A stretch of 64,000 nt of DNA from an uncultured Chloroflexia bacterium (GCA_963797095.1 CAWCNY010000006.1:640001-704000); one strand, 5' to 3'; positions 41,179 to 51,234 are shown, counted from the first letter of the stretch. Numbers and translations are program-made. The notes: generated by a model not told the origin, from the sequence alone.

Positions 41179-43367
41179 ACTCCCCTACCAGACGTTCCTT
41201 CCCGCTCCTTTATGTGATCCTGGTGCTTATGTTCATCCTGCTGGTCGCCCAGCTATTCAATATGCAGCTACTCCAGGGCGCCAAGTACCAGACCTCGGCG
41301 GTCCAGAACCGAGAGCGCACGGTCACTACTAACGCCATTCGGGGCATTATCTACGACCGCACAGGGCAAAAACTGGTGGTCAATAACCCATCCTATTCTA
41401 TAGCAGTCACGCCATCCGACCTGCCCGACATCAACTGCGGCGCGGGACAATTGGAAGGCTCGGCGGTCTTCCCCAAACTGGCCGCGACCCTCGCTACCAG
41501 CGATGTGATAGCCCTCAAACCGAACGACTTGCCCTCAGACAAGATGGTGGAGGTGGCAAATCGCCTTTCAGTGCCTTTGCAGGTAAACAAAAACATCCTT
41601 CTTACCTCGATGCAGGATGTCAAGAGCAAGTGGCCGGACAGTACGCGTCTTTTCCTGGTGCGCAGTGATGTATCGGCTGAAGCAAGCAGCCAGCTAAGAG
41701 ATGAACTTGATAATCTGCCGGGTATTCATATCTACAATATGCTGGAATACAATTTCCTCACCCGCTATGCCAGTTGCCTTGAACCTATCATCGTCAAGCG
41801 CGGTGTAGACTACTCAACCAGCCTGAAAACCGAGGTTTCTAAGCTGACAGGTGTGAGCGTCATACCTGAGGCGGTGCGCGTCTACCCGGACAGCACATAC
41901 TTTTCGCATCTGCTTGGCTACATGGGGCCGATTTCCCGCGATGACTACGAGGCGAATAAAGGCCTCTACTCCCCTGATGACAAAGTGGGGCAGGTGGGGC
42001 TTGAGGCTTCGCTCGAAGATCAATTGCGCGGGCAAAGAGGCGAGTCTCGCTATACGGTCAACTCCCAGGAGCAGATAGTAGAGCAAATAGCCGCCCGCCC
42101 GCCGATCACCGGCAACAACGTGTCACTTACAATCGATGCAGCCCTACAGATCAGCGTCACCCAGGCCCTCCAGGAAGGTCTTGAAGAAGCTAAGGTCAAT
42201 GCAGGGGTGGCAATCGTCATGCGCGTCACCGACGGTCAGATACTGTCGATGGTCTCCCTTCCCTCCTACGACAACAACCTCTTCTCGGCGGGTATATCAC
42301 AATCGGCGTTCGATTCTCTCAATACAGACCCCAATCTACCGATGTTCGACCGCGCCATTGGCGGTGCATATCCGCCCGGCTCGACCTACAAGATGATCAC
42401 GGCTTCGGCGGCCTTGCAGGAGAACGTAGTAACGCCCGATACCACCGTTTTGTGCCCCGGCTACATCGAGGTGCCTTACACAAACAACGAGAACCAGCGC
42501 ACAGCCTTCCGTGATTGGCGTCCTCAGGGCCATGGTAATCTAAACATAATCCAGGCTCTCTCCGAATCGAGCGATACCTTCTTCTACATAATGGCCGGGC
42601 CGCATGAGGAAGATCGCGTAATCCATAACGACGACGGCACAGACACTATTTTCTATACGCGCTACTACAATCCCGGTTCGAGGACACCCATTGAGTTCAA
42701 CGGGTTGGGCATTGAGAAACTGCACCAGTATGCAGAGGCGTTTGGCCTGGGGCAACGCACCGGCGTAGAACTGCCGGGCGAGGTGCCGGGTATCGCGCCC
42801 GACCGCGCCTGGAAACAGACCGCCACCCCCGACAATCCCTGGTCCCTCGGCGACACTCTGTTCACCGCTATAGGCCAGGGCGATAACCTAGTTACCCCCC
42901 TGCAATTGGTGAACGTCACGGCGGTAGTCGCAAACGGCGGCACGCTTTACCAGCCTCAGTTAGTGCTTAACGTGACCGACCCATCGGGCAAAATAGTTCA
43001 GGGTTATCAGCCCAAAGTGATCCGGCAGGTGCCTGTCTCACCCCAGAATCTGGCGATAGTCCGCGAAGGTATGCATCAGGCGGTGTCCGACCCGGTAAAA
43101 GGCACGGCTTCCAACCACATCACCCTCAAGAGCATACAGTGGGCAGGCAAGACAGGCACAGCAGAATTTGGCGAACCGATAGCGGTCAAGGATGGCAAGG
43201 AGGTGCGTCGCGCCCACGCATGGTTCACCGCCTTCGCCCCCTACGACAAGCCTGAGATAGCAGTAGTAGTTCTCCTGGAAGGCGGCCAGGAAAGCCTGGA
43301 AGGTTCAACATTTGCCGTCCCCGTCGCCGACGAAATCCTGAAGGCGTACTTTCACACGGACAAGTAG
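41172..43367 (+). CDS. mrdA: Penicillin-binding protein 2
   Basis: RGIIYDRTG, PPGSTYK (SxxK), SSD, KTGTAE. Confidence 0.95.
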   Translation: MVNSPTRRSFPLLYVILVLMFILLVAQLFNMQLLQGAKYQTSAVQNRERTVTTNAIRGIIYDRTGQKLVVNNPSYSIAVTPSDLPDINCGAGQLEGSAVFPKLAATLATSDVIALKPNDLPSDKMVEVANRLSVPLQVNKNILLTSMQDVKSKWPDSTRLFLVRSDVSAEASSQLRDELDNLPGIHIYNMLEYNFLTRYASCLEPIIVKRGVDYSTSLKTEVSKLTGVSVIPEAVRVYPDSTYFSHLLGYMGPISRDDYEANKGLYSPDDKVGQVGLEASLEDQLRGQRGESRYTVNSQEQIVEQIAARPPITGNNVSLTIDAALQISVTQALQEGLEEAKVNAGVAIVMRVTDGQILSMVSLPSYDNNLFSAGISQSAFDSLNTDPNLPMFDRAIGGAYPPGSTYKMITASAALQENVVTPDTTVLCPGYIEVPYTNNENQRTAFRDWRPQGHGNLNIIQALSESSDTFFYIMAGPHEEDRVIHNDDGTDTIFYTRYYNPGSRTPIEFNGLGIEKLHQYAEAFGLGQRTGVELPGEVPGIAPDRAWKQTATPDNPWSLGDTLFTAIGQGDNLVTPLQLVNVTAVVANGGTLYQPQLVLNVTDPSGKIVQGYQPKVIRQVPVSPQNLAIVREGMHQAVSDPVKGTASNHITLKSIQWAGKTGTAEFGEPIAVKDGKEVRRAHAWFTAFAPYDKPEIAVVVLLEGGQESLEGSTFAVPVADEILKAYFHTDK

Positions 43368-43476
43368 CACGTGACGAGTGACGAGTGACGAGTGACGAGT
43401 TGCGCAAAGGTGGATTACTGAATCTGCCTTGCACAAAGCGAATACAATAATCACGTATCACTCGTCACTCGTCACG
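43368..43476. repeat. Heptamer inverted-repeat element (CGAGTGA/TCACTCG) with ~50-nt core
   Basis: CACGTGA (CGAGTGA)x3 CGAGT ... TCACGTA TCACTCG TCACTCG TCACG then GAGG. Confidence 0.9.
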
Positions 43477-43487
43477 GAGGAAACCCT

Positions 43488-44303
43488 TTGCAAGTATCCG
43501 AGCCTGTGATCATCAAAGGTGTGCGCGATGGGCTGCTGCTCATCATTGATGATGATGTGCCTTTCGCGCAGGTACTGACAGATCTTGTGGCGCGTATCAA
43601 AGCCCAACCCAGCTTCTTCCAGGGCGCGACCGTGACCCTGAATATGGGCCGGCGCGTGTTCGATGCGCCGGAATTTGACATCCTCTACCGGATGCTGACG
43701 CGCAGCGGTATGAAAGTGGCATCCGTGGTGAGCCAATCTGCGCAGAGTAGAATGGTTGTAGAGAACTTCGGAGTCGGTAGAATGGTTGTAGAGAACTTCG
43801 GAGTCGGTAGCCGCCCTCCATCCTATTCAGCAGGCGACTCGGTCGTTGGCCCGGGCCTGAAAGGGCGAGGTTCCCAGCCCGGCGCACTCTCCCCTGGGGG
43901 CCTCGCCTGGCCTGAAGGAGCCGATCCCGCGCAGGGTTGGGAAGATGTGGTCGAGGCGGGTGTGGGGCTTTTTCTGCGCTGCTCCTTGCGCCCCGGTCAG
44001 TCTGTGCGTTACGGTGGCGACGTGTGCATAATGGGCGATGTCGAGACCGGCGCAGAGGTGGTTGCCGAAGGCGATGTAATAGTGTGGGGCACTCTGAAAG
44101 GGATAGCGCACGCGGGCGTAGGAGGCGACGATGAGGCGGTCGTGTGCGCCCTCAGAATGAACCCCACCCAGTTGGGCATAGCCGGGATCCTGGCACGCTT
44201 CCCCACTACCACCACCGGCTACCTGTACGACACGCAGCCCCCTGAAATGGCCCGGCTCGATGGCGGCAGGATCGTTGTCGAGGCCTGGAGGCCGGAGCTT
44301 TAG
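43488..44303 (+). CDS. minC: Septum site-determining protein MinC
   Basis: IKGVRDGL, SLRPGQSV..GDV..GAEVVAEGDVIVWGTLKGIAHAG; 30-nt internal duplication. Confidence 0.92.
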   Translation: MQVSEPVIIKGVRDGLLLIIDDDVPFAQVLTDLVARIKAQPSFFQGATVTLNMGRRVFDAPEFDILYRMLTRSGMKVASVVSQSAQSRMVVENFGVGRMVVENFGVGSRPPSYSAGDSVVGPGLKGRGSQPGALSPGGLAWPEGADPAQGWEDVVEAGVGLFLRCSLRPGQSVRYGGDVCIMGDVETGAEVVAEGDVIVWGTLKGIAHAGVGGDDEAVVCALRMNPTQLGIAGILARFPTTTTGYLYDTQPPEMARLDGGRIVVEAWRPEL

Positions 44304-44524
44304 GCCGCTCTTTCTCCAGGCTCGGCGCGGCCAACCCAGAAGTGGTTGGGTCGTACGTAAGAAACTACCTTCACTTCCAGCCCATCATAATTGGTCATAT
44401 CTGCCTGGTTCAGCAGACACAAATTGGGGTTCTCGCCGAACTTGGCGACATATCTCTCTATGGCTTCTTCAATCTTCGTCTTGGCTGTCTTCTTGCGGTC
44501 ATCATCAAACCATCCCAAAAACAT
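44300..44524 (-). CDS. Small hypothetical protein (73-74 aa)
   Basis: GGAGG RBS, own consensus promoter, MFLGWFDDD...RPNHFWVG. Confidence 0.75.
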   Translation of the reverse strand: MFLGWFDDDRKKTAKTKIEEAIERYVAKFGENPNLCLLNQADMTNYDGLEVKVVSYVRPNHFWVGRAEPGERAA

Positions 44525-44569
44525 CGCTGTTACCTCCGCTCTTGATCTCCATAAATCTCGTCTGTTCTT

Positions 44570-44613
44570 AGAACTCCTGTTCTGATTTTATCACTCCTGG
44601 TGCCTGTTGTCAA
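44570..44613 (-). promoter_or_regulatory. Promoter plus LexA-type box
   Basis: Minus strand TTGACA-N17-TAAAAT (extended TG) followed by AGAAC-AGGA-GTTCT (44570-44583). Confidence 0.8.
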
Positions 44614-44788
44614 TACACTTTTCCACACCACCGATCCTCAAACTAAGGCTAAAACAACGCTCCTTTCTGCTGGTTCTCATTTCAGATAGCGTGTTCTCCG
44701 TTGGCGGGTTAGGTGCCAATCTGTTATGCTATCAACGTCCCGGACGCGGGACCTATTTGTCACATCCCCATTCCGATTTGGAGAATAA

Positions 44789-45541
44789 ATGAGTCGGGCA
44801 AGTCAGCTTTACGACCTACAAGAGATCGATTCCGGCCTTGATAGCCGCGTGGCTCGCATGCGTCAGATTGATAACGATATGATCGACAGCGAGGCGCTGG
44901 TTGCGGCGCGCGCCCGGAGAGAGGAGGCGGCGGTCACCCTGGCGCGAGACCAGGCCGATCTTAAGCGCCTGTCGCATGAAGTCGATGAGACGAGTGCTCG
45001 TCTCAAGACCCTTGAGCGCAAGATGTACGATGGCTCGGTGAAGAACCCCAAAGAGCTTGCGCAGATGGGAGAGGAAGTGTCCCACTTGAAGGCGCGTCTC
45101 AAGGACCTAGAGGATAGCACACTCGATGCTATGCTTGCAACTGAGGCCTCGGAAGAAGCCAAAGCCGAAGCCCAGCAGAGCTACGACAACGCCATGAAGG
45201 AACATGAGCTTTATCATGCCGGCCTGATCGAGGAGAAAGACAAGCTGCTGAGCCAGGCAAAGGTGCTCCAGGTCAAGCGCCAGCGCGCCATTAGCGATCT
45301 GCCCTGGGCAGACCTGCAAGCCTACGAGCGGTTGCGCAGGGCCAAAGGGGGTGTGGCGGTGGCGGCTGCGCGGGGCGCGATTTGCGGAGGTTGCCATTCC
45401 ACCATCCCCGTCAACATCATGCGCCAGGCGCGCATGCCGTCCGAGCTAACCCCCTGTCCGACCTGTGGCCGCATCCTCTATCCGCTGGGCGAAGTGAAGT
45501 ATGAAGAATTCAACCACGATCTCGATAACGTGGATAAGTGA
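44789..45541 (+). CDS. Coiled-coil protein with C-terminal C4 zinc ribbon (DUF164/CT398-like)
   Basis: LYDLQEID, long coiled coil, CGGCH...CPTCGRIL. Confidence 0.85.
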   Translation: MSRASQLYDLQEIDSGLDSRVARMRQIDNDMIDSEALVAARARREEAAVTLARDQADLKRLSHEVDETSARLKTLERKMYDGSVKNPKELAQMGEEVSHLKARLKDLEDSTLDAMLATEASEEAKAEAQQSYDNAMKEHELYHAGLIEEKDKLLSQAKVLQVKRQRAISDLPWADLQAYERLRRAKGGVAVAAARGAICGGCHSTIPVNIMRQARMPSELTPCPTCGRILYPLGEVKYEEFNHDLDNVDK

Positions 45542-45592
45542 TATTGCCCGCCCGGCGCATTCACCACAGAAGCATCAACTACAAGCATACCA

Positions 45593-47116
45593 GTGATGAG
45601 GAACCCCGTGTTACTGATAGCCATATCCGCCGGTAAGGTATCGGCCCTGGCTACGCGCCTTCTGGGGCGGGGTGGGGGCACGGCCCTCCCAGGTTTGGTA
45701 GCCCAAACCGTCTACCCCGGCGTATTGCGCGACATCACCCGCCAACTTCCCGCAGGCTCGGTGATGGTGAGCGGCACCAACGGCAAGACCACTACCAGCC
45801 GCATGATCGGCTCGATCCTGGAGGCTGCGGGCCTTGCCCCTCTCCATAACCGTTCAGGCTCCAACCTGGAGCGCGGCCTTATCTCGGCCCTGGTAGAGGC
45901 GGCTTCACCCGGCGGTGGCCTCCCGCGTCGCTACCGTTCGGGCCTGTTCGAAGTGGACGAAGCCGCTATGCCCGCCGTGCTGGCTGCGCTCAGGCCCAGG
46001 GTGCTCCTGCTCAACAATCTCTTTCGCGACCAACTCGACAGATATGGAGAGCTTGACACCATATATAGCAAGTGGCGCGCCGCTCTTCACCGGCTTGGTC
46101 CCTCTTCTACCCTTGTGCTCAACGCCGATGATCCAGCAATCGCAGCCCTCACACTATCTCCTAACCTCCGCGCAAGCATCTTGACCTTCGGAGTAGAAGA
46201 CCGTCGCTACGACCTGGGTGCCTTGCCCCACGCCTCCGACTCGATCTCTTGCCCGCGATGCAATAGCCGCCTCCAGTACAGCATGGTGCTCCTCTCGCAC
46301 CTGGGGCATTGGGCGTGTCCCAACTGCGGCCTCGCCCGCCCCCATCCCGATATATCTGCCTTCCATGTCCAATTGAACGGGACCGACAGCAGCGACCTGC
46401 TCCTGAGCACGCCACACGGCGACCTGGAGATCAACCTGCGAGTACCCGGCCTCTATAACGTCTACAACGCGCTGGCAGCGGTCTCTGCGACTCTTGCCTT
46501 TGGCGTGTCCCTCGCCCATATCAAGGGCGGGCTAGAGAGCTTTACCGCCGCCTTTGGCCGCATCGAGCGTGTACCGATCCCAGGCGAAGGCAACCGGAAC
46601 CTGCTGATGGCGCTGGTCAAGAATCCAGTAGGCTTTAACGAAGTGATTAGAATGCTGTTCCCTTTGGACGACGAAGGACGAACGACGAACGACGAACGAT
46701 ACCAGGCGGATGGTGAACAAGCAATTGAACATAATCCAAGATCCAAAATCCAAAATCCAAAATCGAGTGCCCGCCACCTGCTGATCATCATCAACGACCT
46801 TATCGCCGATAGCCGCGACGTTTCATGGCTGTGGGACGTGGACTTCGAGACTTTAGCGACCGCGCCGCAGGGCGTAGCTCGCGTAGACGTGTCCGGCATC
46901 CGCGCAGGTGATATGGCAGTGCGTCTCAAGTACGCAGGTGTGGATATGCCTCTTATCCACTCCACCAAACCCCTTGACGATGCCCTGGATGCCGCAGTTG
47001 CCAATCTACCCAAAAACAGCACGCTTTACGTTCTGCCCACCTACACGGCAATGCTAGAGTTCCGCAAGATGCTGCACGACCGAGGTTGGGTAGACACGCA
47101 ATTCTGGGAGGATTGA
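45593..47116 (+). CDS. murT: Lipid II isoglutaminyl synthase subunit MurT
   Basis: GGGTALPG, GTNGKTTT, NLFRDQLDRYGE, Cys4 insert, KNPVG, DVSWLWDVDFE, TYTAML. Confidence 0.95.
   Translation: MMRNPVLLIAISAGKVSALATRLLGRGGGTALPGLVAQTVYPGVLRDITRQLPAGSVMVSGTNGKTTTSRMIGSILEAAGLAPLHNRSGSNLERGLISALVEAASPGGGLPRRYRSGLFEVDEAAMPAVLAALRPRVLLLNNLFRDQLDRYGELDTIYSKWRAALHRLGPSSTLVLNADDPAIAALTLSPNLRASILTFGVEDRRYDLGALPHASDSISCPRCNSRLQYSMVLLSHLGHWACPNCGLARPHPDISAFHVQLNGTDSSDLLLSTPHGDLEINLRVPGLYNVYNALAAVSATLAFGVSLAHIKGGLESFTAAFGRIERVPIPGEGNRNLLMALVKNPVGFNEVIRMLFPLDDEGRTTNDERYQADGEQAIEHNPRSKIQNPKSSARHLLIIINDLIADSRDVSWLWDVDFETLATAPQGVARVDVSGIRAGDMAVRLKYAGVDMPLIHSTKPLDDALDAAVANLPKNSTLYVLPTYTAMLEFRKMLHDRGWVDTQFWED
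46667..46764. repeat. In-frame heptamer-repeat insertion within murT
   Basis: GACGAAG (GACGAAC)x3 ... AATCCAA GATCCAA AATCCAA AATCCAA AATC. Confidence 0.85.
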
Positions 47117-47192
47117 GAAGTCGGTAGTCGGTAGTCAGAAGTCACCAACCAGGAACCGGGAACCATAATCCGACTACCGACTACCGACTACC
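47117..47192. repeat. Heptamer inverted-repeat element with nested second family
   Basis: GAAGTCG GTAGTCG GTAGTCA GAAGTCA; AACCAGG AACCGGG AACCATA; (CGACTAC)x3 then CAGGAG. Confidence 0.88.
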
Positions 47193-47205
47193 AGGAGACA
47201 CAAAT

Positions 47206-47940
47206 ATGGACCTGAGAATAGCCTTCCTCTATCCGGAACTGATGAACATCTACGGCGACAGGGGCAACATCCTCGCCCTGAGCAGGCGTGCCCAATGGCG
47301 CGGCATTGACGTGCTCGTGGACAACGTGAGCATCGGCGACCGTATCGATCCCGACTACTACGACTTCTATTTCTTCGGCGGCGGCCAGGACAAGCAGCAG
47401 ATCGCCGTCTCACATGACCTTCAAGGGCGAAAAGGCGAGGCCATCAAGGAGGAGGTTGAGCGCGGGGCGGTTATCCTGAGCATCTGCGGAGGCTACCAGT
47501 TGCTTGGTCATTACTACCGCCCCTTCGACGCCGACGACCTGCCCGGCATCGGCCTGTTTGATGCCCACACCGACGCCGGGAGCAAGCGCTACATCGGAAA
47601 CGTGCTGGTGCAGCCAGACCTGCCCGGCGTCGGCACAATCGTAGCATTCGAGAACCATTCCGGGTGCACATTCCTGCACGAAGGTTGCAGGTCGTTCGGC
47701 AAGTCGATTATCGGTGGAGGCAACAACGGCCAGGATGGCACAGCAGGTGCGATCTACAAGCGCGCCTACGGGTGCTACCTCCACGGCTCGCTTCTACCCA
47801 AAAACCCCCAACTGGCCGACCTTCTGCTGGCCCAGGCCCTGGAGCGCAGGCACGGCCCCGTCGAACTGGCTCCACTTGATGACAGCCTGGAGAGCATGGC
47901 CCATAGCAACGCCTCGGAGCGTGCCCGCACCACGCACTAG
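47206..47940 (+). CDS. gatD: Glutamine amidotransferase GatD (CobQ-like)
   Basis: LYPELMNIYGDRGN, GGGQD, ICGGYQLLG, FENHSG, YLHGSLLPKNP. Confidence 0.95.
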   Translation: MDLRIAFLYPELMNIYGDRGNILALSRRAQWRGIDVLVDNVSIGDRIDPDYYDFYFFGGGQDKQQIAVSHDLQGRKGEAIKEEVERGAVILSICGGYQLLGHYYRPFDADDLPGIGLFDAHTDAGSKRYIGNVLVQPDLPGVGTIVAFENHSGCTFLHEGCRSFGKSIIGGGNNGQDGTAGAIYKRAYGCYLHGSLLPKNPQLADLLLAQALERRHGPVELAPLDDSLESMAHSNASERARTTH

Positions 47941-47941
47941 G

Positions 47942-49072
47942 TCAGGTATCCTCGAACTCCACCGCAACCTGGGTACTCAAGAAAGCACTCAACCGCTCTG
48001 CTTCGGCTTCAATGCCCGCTCGGATTGCAGCCGCCGGTGCTGAGAACATGCGAACCTTGACGACGGTTTTCGAACCTTTGCTTTGATGTTCCCAGACCCC
48101 TTTTATGCGCCCATCAACCAGTACGGCAGCGGTGATCCAACCCTGTGGGCGAAAGACCCTGATCTTGTGCCCCCTGGGCAGTAACTGCTCTACATCGCGC
48201 CCAAGCCCCAACACATACGCATCGAACAACGGCAGCAGTCGTACAACTCCGGTTGCTTCGAACTCTTGCATTGGCTCAAGAGTCGCACGCAGAGCCACAC
48301 CCTGCCAACCCTCTACATCGACTGTTTCCAACTCGTTTTCTAATGACTGAAATAGCTTTCTGGCAGCGACGCGCCCTATGTCTCCCCACCAGAGAACGAA
48401 GTCCTGCACCTTGGCCGGGCCGTATGATCTGAGATAATGGCGGGCCACCTCTTGCAGCGCCGTGTGAGGCTCCATCGATTCCCGCTCTCCGAGCCACTTG
48501 CGTGGGTTAACGAAGGTAACGTTGCGGCCTTGATTCGGCCCGAAACAAAGGTCGCCCCGCCAGGCCGAAGGTTTCCACAGCGAACCCCAGCTTGATGCCA
48601 GCAACATCTTTCCCACTTCCGGAGCGCCGATATGCTCTGCCAACGAGGTCGCGAGCAACTCGCGGGTCATTGGTTCGCCGCCGAGCACCTGGGGCACCGC
48701 CGCAATGAAGTCTTTGTATTGCTCGGGTGTAAGGCCGAAGTAGGTGAAATACTTCAGCCAGTTGCGCCCCTCATACGTGCTACGCGCCGCTACGTACAGA
48801 GGTAATTCGTCGGCAGAGAGCAGATGTAAGGTGGCACGCATCGCCCAGGTCTTGACAAGGGTGCGATCCTGCCAGAGCGCGGATTGCACATCCTCACGAG
48901 AAAGCCCGTCCACGCGCGCCCACAACGCCAGCTCGGCTGCCGACATCAGCTGGGCCTGGATACCGCCGGTGCGTGTCACCCCTTTGACGAAGTCCTTGCG
49001 CTCCAATCGCGGCTGCAAGCAATGTTGCGCCAATCGCCAGGCATTAACTTGCTGCCATTTCAATGATCTCAC
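47942..49072 (-). CDS. HTH_42 winged-helix DNA glycosylase, AlkZ-like
   Basis: GGIQAQ (QxQ motif), KTWAMRATLHL, YLRSYGPA..DF.WW, RLLPLFDAYVLG; probable GTG start 49072. Confidence 0.85.
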   Translation of the reverse strand: MRSLKWQQVNAWRLAQHCLQPRLERKDFVKGVTRTGGIQAQLMSAAELALWARVDGLSREDVQSALWQDRTLVKTWAMRATLHLLSADELPLYVAARSTYEGRNWLKYFTYFGLTPEQYKDFIAAVPQVLGGEPMTRELLATSLAEHIGAPEVGKMLLASSWGSLWKPSAWRGDLCFGPNQGRNVTFVNPRKWLGERESMEPHTALQEVARHYLRSYGPAKVQDFVLWWGDIGRVAARKLFQSLENELETVDVEGWQGVALRATLEPMQEFEATGVVRLLPLFDAYVLGLGRDVEQLLPRGHKIRVFRPQGWITAAVLVDGRIKGVWEHQSKGSKTVVKVRMFSAPAAAIRAGIEAEAERLSAFLSTQVAVEFEDT

Positions 49073-49226
49073 AATCGGCCCCTCTTCTCTCTTCCGAATT
49101 ATCGGATGTGTTTGCGTCCCCATTTTACCAATTTTGCGGACAAACCTGATCCCAGGTTGCAAGGCACAGCCGGTGATCGAGATTTCCGCAGGTAGATGGG
49201 AGGATGATTTTACTTCCCCTCATTAA

Positions 49227-49286
49227 CTAATGGCATTGGTGGGACAAATCTGGACAGGTTTTGAGGTGTACTTAGGTATGGTTTTT
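49227..49286 (-). repeat. ~60-bp segment repeated in inverted orientation at 59804-59864
   Basis: Reverse complement reads AAAAACCA....AAGTACACCTCAAA.CCTGTCCAGATT.....CACC..TGCCATT. Confidence 0.8.
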
Positions 49287-49295
49287 GGTGGTGCA

Positions 49296-49574
49296 GTAGA
49301 GGCACCCCTTGTGGGCAATGTTGTCGCATAAACCCACGAACATAGCCCAAGTGGGGGTATTGCTAACGGGTGTCCTGCCCCATTATCACCCAAAGCAAGT
49401 AGTCCCGAAGGGACCTGGTCTGGGTGGCATTCCATCGGGTACTTACAAGGGGTACACTTTACAATTGGTTCTTCCTATGCTGGTGTTTTTATGCGACACC
49501 AATGCCCCAGGTGGGTGCCCCGTACGCCTGCCGCGATCTCACCCCAACAGGGCACCCACCTGGGGTGCCCCTAC
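49296..49574. repeat. Cluster of GTAG-type REP-like palindromes plus GTCCC..GGGAC element
   Basis: GTAGAGGCACCCCTTGTGGG (49296), GCCCCAGGTGGGTGCCC (49504), GGGCACCCACCTGGGGTGCCCCTAC (49550-49574), GTCCCGAAGGGAC. Confidence 0.7.
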
Positions 49575-49623
49575 TTCACGGGTTGTTTGCGTGCGGGCTG
49601 GAAGTTCACCTATGTGGAAATGC

Positions 49624-49706
49624 TTGCAAACCCCCCAAAACAGCCTATAATGAGGAAAAGTGTGGAAAAAGTGGCGAAAAGTGGGGAAATGTGGGGAGAA
49701 ATGTGG
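49624..49706 (+). promoter_or_regulatory. dcw promoter with MraZ-type operator repeats
   Basis: TTGCAA-N16-TATAAT followed by GTGG at 49662, 49671, 49681, 49691, 49703 (~10-bp period). Confidence 0.85.
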
Positions 49707-49743
49707 AAAACTCCCGACCCAACGACCGTGAGCAACGACCCAG

Positions 49744-49769
49744 ATAAGCAATAGGCAGTAAGCAGCAAC
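49744..49769. repeat. Heptamer repeat, single arm before mraZ
   Basis: ATAAGC AATAGGC AGTAAGC AGCAAC. Confidence 0.55.
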
Positions 49770-49772
49770 AAC

Positions 49773-50201
49773 ATGTTCCTCGGCAGATTCGAACATTCAG
49801 TGGACAACAAAGGGCGTGTAGCGGTGCCCGCGCGCTTCCGCGACCGCCTGTCCGGTGAACTGATCCTGACCAGGGGCAACGACCGGTGTCTTTATCTCTT
49901 TACCCAGGAGGCGTGGGAGCCTCTTGCCTCCAAGTTGAACGCGCTTCCCACCGGCGACTCCGATGCCCGCAACCTGCGCCGCGCCGTCTTCTCAGCCGCC
50001 GAGCCTGTGGAAATCGACAAGCAGGGCCGAATCATCATCCCCGACCACCTTCGCCAGTACGCCTCCATCTCAGGCGACGTATCAATTATAGGCCTCGGGA
50101 GCTACATAGAAATCTGGGATACCCAGTCGTGGCAGACCCTCGACAGCAATATCGAGCAGAACGTGGACGTTATCTCATCCCACCTGTCGGGGCAGTACTA
50201 A
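49773..50201 (+). CDS. mraZ: Transcriptional regulator MraZ
   Basis: MFLGRFEHSVDNKGRVAVP, DKQGRIIIP, IEIWD. Confidence 0.98.
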   Translation: MFLGRFEHSVDNKGRVAVPARFRDRLSGELILTRGNDRCLYLFTQEAWEPLASKLNALPTGDSDARNLRRAVFSAAEPVEIDKQGRIIIPDHLRQYASISGDVSIIGLGSYIEIWDTQSWQTLDSNIEQNVDVISSHLSGQY

Positions 50202-50202
50202 T

Positions 50203-50233
50203 AGTGCGGAATTCGGAGTGCGGAGTGCGGAGT
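50203..50233. repeat. Heptamer repeat, single left arm (AGTGCGG)
   Basis: AGTGCGG AATTCGG AGTGCGG AGTGCGG AGT. Confidence 0.8.
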
Positions 50234-50247
50234 AGATTGGGACGTAT

Positions 50248-51222
50248 GTGGCTGATGTAACGGCAACTCCTAACCCGCCCCACATTCCGGTACTGCTCAA
50301 CGAAGTGCTGGCAGGGCTGCGAATACAGGATGGTGGGGCCTGCATAGACGGTACGATAGGTGCGGGCGGGCACTCAGAAGCAATCCTAGAGCAGGGCAAA
50401 AGTGTCAGACTGTTAGGGTTGGATGTTGACCCCGCCGCCCTGGAGATCGCGGGGAAACGGCTACAACCTTACATAGACCAGGGGCGCGCCCGGTTGGTGC
50501 GCTCCAACTTTTCCAACCTGGATATTATAGCCGAGCATGAAGGTTTCGCGCCTGCTGCCGGGGTGTTGCTCGACCTGGGGGTATCCTCGATGCAGCTTGA
50601 TAGGCCTGAGCGCGGTTTCTCGTTCAGGACGAGTGGACCGCTCGACATGCGGCTCGACCCATCAGGCCCCGTAACCGCTGCCGACCTGGTGAACAGCCTC
50701 CCGGAGTCGGACCTGGCCGACCTGATCTACAAATACGGCGAGGAACCGGCCTCCCGCCGCATCGCACGACGGGTCGTGGAGGCCCGCCGGAAAGAGTCTA
50801 TAACCACGACAGATCAACTGGAAAGCATAGTGTACGGTGCCATGGGCGGGCGCACACCGGGCCGCACCCGCAGCGCCATTCACCCGGCCACAAAAACGTT
50901 TCAGGCCCTCAGGATAGCGGTCAACCGTGAGCTAGAGGTATTGGAAGAAGGACTGGCAGCGGCAGGGCGAGTGCTGAAACCGGGAGGCCGCCTGGCGGTC
51001 ATATCCTTCCACTCGCTGGAAGACAGGATCGTCAAGCTGTTTATAAGGCAGGAGCAAAAAGGGTGTATATGCCCTCCCGAATACCCAACATGTATGTGCG
51101 GGCGCAAGCCCACCCTCAAAGCGATCAACAACAAACCTATAGAAGCTACCGCCGAGGAAGCGGCACGCAACCCGCGCAGCCGCAGTGCCAAGCTACGGGT
51201 GGCGGAGCGCATCGAAGCATGA
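50248..51222 (+). CDS. rsmH: 16S rRNA m4C1402 methyltransferase
   Basis: [43 protein letters not shown]. Confidence 0.98.
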   Translation: MADVTATPNPPHIPVLLNEVLAGLRIQDGGACIDGTIGAGGHSEAILEQGKSVRLLGLDVDPAALEIAGKRLQPYIDQGRARLVRSNFSNLDIIAEHEGFAPAAGVLLDLGVSSMQLDRPERGFSFRTSGPLDMRLDPSGPVTAADLVNSLPESDLADLIYKYGEEPASRRIARRVVEARRKESITTTDQLESIVYGAMGGRTPGRTRSAIHPATKTFQALRIAVNRELEVLEEGLAAAGRVLKPGGRLAVISFHSLEDRIVKLFIRQEQKGCICPPEYPTCMCGRKPTLKAINNKPIEATAEEAARNPRSRSAKLRVAERIEA

Positions 51223-51234
51223 TCAGGTAGAGAT

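Noticed and set aside
49660-49706. GTGG ~10-bp periodic repeat as a novel element
   Set aside because: Matches the established MraZ operator layout upstream of mraZ
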